Positions 61,406 through 64,000 of a stretch of 64,000 nucleotides of DNA are shown in pieces; position 1 is the stretch's first letter, and every line of letters begins with the position of its first letter. The notes beneath the pieces were generated by a model. The model made no database searches and was not told where the DNA came from. It saw only the letters and a list, made by a program, of their open reading frames with translations. The translations under genes and the position numbers were made by a program. Origin of the DNA: Fistulifera solaris (taxonomy: Eukaryota); assembly GCA_030295235.1 (NCBI GenBank), contig AP026131.1:1178001-1242000 (forward strand), given 5' to 3'.

Positions 61406-63254
61406 TTACAAAATAAGCGACGAAGCGTTGGCAGATGTACTATGATAGGGAGCCTCAAGTTCTTGCACGGGTCCGTCATCGGGCGATGCGTCGCTATCGC
61501 GATTACTCCGTCTTCCCTTGCGACGAAAATAGTAAAACGAACTCAATCCAAGAATTAGCAAGAGCAACCCGATGGATTTTGCATCAATCTGTGCTACCAG
61601 ATACCAATTGATGAAAATACCTAGACAAGGAAGATACGGTACTCCCGGGGTTCGAAAGAAATTTTGTTCTCGAATCAGTTGTTCCTCGTGATAGCGATGA
61701 CGTCTCCCACCAAACACAGCCGTGCGCGGACAGTAACTTGTGATCGCATAAACAAGTCCGCCAAGAATGCAAAGCAAAGTGGTCGATAGCGCACGTCCCC
61801 ATGCAGTCTCCATGTATGAAACAAGCACCGAGCTCGTCAGGAAAGCGACAACGTTAAAGGTCAGGACCAGATAGCGTGCAAAATTAGATTCAGGATCGGG
61901 CGCTTCATGCCATAACAAAATGAGCGAAGAGTCAGTCAAGCTCAATGCTATCAGAACGGCACATGAAATGATATCATTCAAGTGGGAGAACTGTACCCCG
62001 GTGGAGATCAAGATGGTGATCGAGCCCGATATGACAGTACCCTTCCAAATATTCCCGTTTTCGTCCAGTTCTCCAAAAATGCGTGGCAGCAGCCCATCTT
62101 CTGCCATGGCATGTTGTAGTCTGGGTTGTACGAGAACCTGTACTAGAACCACCAGCGGCAATGTCAAAATTTCGCCCATAGCGGTGAGTTCACCAGCCCA
62201 ATCGGCGTGATTGGCATGAAATGCAGTAGGGAACCCCGACACGGAAGATATTTCCCTCCAGTCTTGCATTCCCGTCAAAACGAGAGTCGCAATCATGTAT
62301 ATACAGGTAACGAAGACAAGCGTAATGAGGATGGCCAGGGGCATGTCACGCTGCGGTCTCGTGGCTTCGCCCGCCAGGCCACAAACCTGGTCATATCCAA
62401 GATAGCTATTTGGCGATACACATCCGTGAGAGTCGATAAACAGAGCATTATGTGTTGGGTTTCATACTTACCCGAAAAAAGTAGACGTGACCCCTCGCAG
62501 CATTCCACTAGCACCAAACGGAAACATGGGTCTCCAGTTGGATGGTCGCACATGAAATGAGCCAACGACAATCATAAACATTACCAAACTGACTTTGATG
62601 GATGTGATGATGTTGGTGGCGCGCTTGCTTTCTTTGACTCCTTTCAAAACGAGTGCAACCAACATAAGCAGTCGAAATGCAAAAGGCTAGCGGGCTGAGA
62701 ATTCCTCCCACGTTGAATAAAGTTCTGAGAGACGATTCCCGGTTCGCTGGGAACGCTTCGAGAAGCCACCACGCTAGTTTATCACCCCAACTTCGGGATA
62801 CCGCAGCCCCTGTCGCAATCTATTCGAGACTCAAGCAAATGGCCGCCAAGAATGCTGGCCACTCGCCGACAGCCACGAACGTATAAGAATACGCACTTCC
62901 GGAAAGCGGGATGCGTGCCGAAAGCTCCGCGTAGCAGCATCCGGAAATCAAAGCGGCGATTCCGGCTACGGCCCAACTCCAAACGGCGGAAGGACCCGCG
63001 TATTCATGCGCCACGAGACCCGCCAAAACAAACAAACCTGACCCAAATCGTCCCTCCGATACCGATTGCCACCAAGTCCAACAATGACAAGTGCCTCTCG
63101 AGACCACTCTGAACTATATTATCATCGATGCTTTCTCCTAGAAAAGAAAGGGTATTGATTTGCGCGAAAAAGTACTATGTGATCTACGACGTTTGCGAAA
63201 GTCGGGTCGAAGAGCATCGCGTTCCTGGGACGTCTCCTGAATGTGATCAGTCAT
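61406..63254 (-). CDS. Cationic amino acid transporter (APC/CAT family); disrupted in this sequence
   Basis: LERHLSLLDLVAIGIGGTIGSGLFVLAG, CYAELSARIPLSGSAYSY, FFGYLGYD, GEATRPQRDMP, QPRL..MAEDGLLP and FRTPGVPYLPCLGIFINWYL. Intron 62471-62406; indels near 63167-63171, 63045-63047 and 62666-62667; in-frame TAG at 62820-62822. Confidence 0.85.
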
Positions 63255-64000
63255 GAGGACTAATTCTGTTAATTTTCATGTAACCTTCATCGCTTCAGGT
63301 CACCAGCGAGGCGTCAGGAGCCACCGAAACAGGTGTGCTTTCTCTTGTATTATTTAGACGAAGTACCAGTACGGAGTAGTTGGAAATTAGTACCAGTAAC
63401 GAATAGCTTTTTGGATTTGGCAGCAGAACTCGTCTCAAAAGCGCATTTCACGCGTCATGACAACTCTAACCTTATCGCGTCCAGTCCTAAGCAACCTGAA
63501 AGCCTAATCAAAATCTCAACCTCGAATTTACCGATGACCTGAAAACCGCAAATGACCTCACAAAGTGTATCCTCGTACTTCCTGCTATCAGCTCAATACC
63601 AGGTAACTTTAATCTCTTGTAAAAAAGAGCGCTGAGTCTTTTAACATTTCCTAATGTCATATTTCCAATGTCTATCCCCAGACAAATGAATAATGTCCCC
63701 TTAGACTTGATCCTTAGAGCCCAATTAGAAACGGCAAGGAAAAAGGAAACCGTAACGGGTTTCGGTCAATTATTACCAGGTAATGGGGGTCGCGAGTCGC
63801 GAGTCATTGCTTTAAGGGCTAAATGGCGATTTCATACTTACGACTTTGTGACTTGTTACCTACGATGCGATACTTGCGGCTTGCGGCCTTCGTGCTTGCG
63901 GTGAGCTTGCGAAATTTGTAACTCCGCACTCGGTATTCGGCATTAAGTGATTGTCAGTCTACACTCTTGTCTGTAGAGAAGCCTGGCAAAAATCAAGAGT

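Noticed and set aside
63300..64000. Possible tRNA/ncRNA or gene start at the window end
   Set aside because: No cloverleaf, A/B box or convincing ORF seen. No RNA genes were recognised anywhere in the window by eye.

Overview
Gene-dense eukaryotic nuclear DNA, most likely from a pennate diatom (inference). The evidence is short GT-AG introns, tight gene packing, several signal-peptide + ASAFAP-type bipartite plastid presequences, and diatom-type HA-domain, HMG-box and TM-LRR proteins. About 34 protein-coding genes can be reconstructed. Recognisable ones: GH36 alpha-galactosidase, plastid HU, SAM-kinesin-13, SET protein, SepSecS, ABHD hydrolase, class I aldolase, threonine dehydratase, HMG-box protein, DDB1, IscA/HesB, PLR1-like AKR, RCC2-like protein, FAAL-ACP, NRS/ER and a CAT-type amino-acid transporter. 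The window also holds a tandemly duplicated and pseudogenised HA-domain gene, a ~2 kb TIR element, a 182 bp Harbinger/Tourist-type MITE with TTA TSD, and a 3x34 bp promoter repeat. Roughly 25-30 single-base indels, almost all in homopolymer runs, split otherwise intact genes. These most likely reflect an unpolished assembly, so the ORF track under-calls the true CDSs. Most interesting: (i) a stand-alone fatty acyl-AMP ligase fused to a carrier-protein domain and ending in a CaaX (CTIL) prenylation box, head-to-head with a rhamnose-synthesis gene; (ii) a tiny tripartite-targeted single-helix thylakoid protein I cannot name; (iii) an unknown plastid protein made of two ~57-aa repeats. All family assignments rest on motif recognition by eye; no database searches were run.
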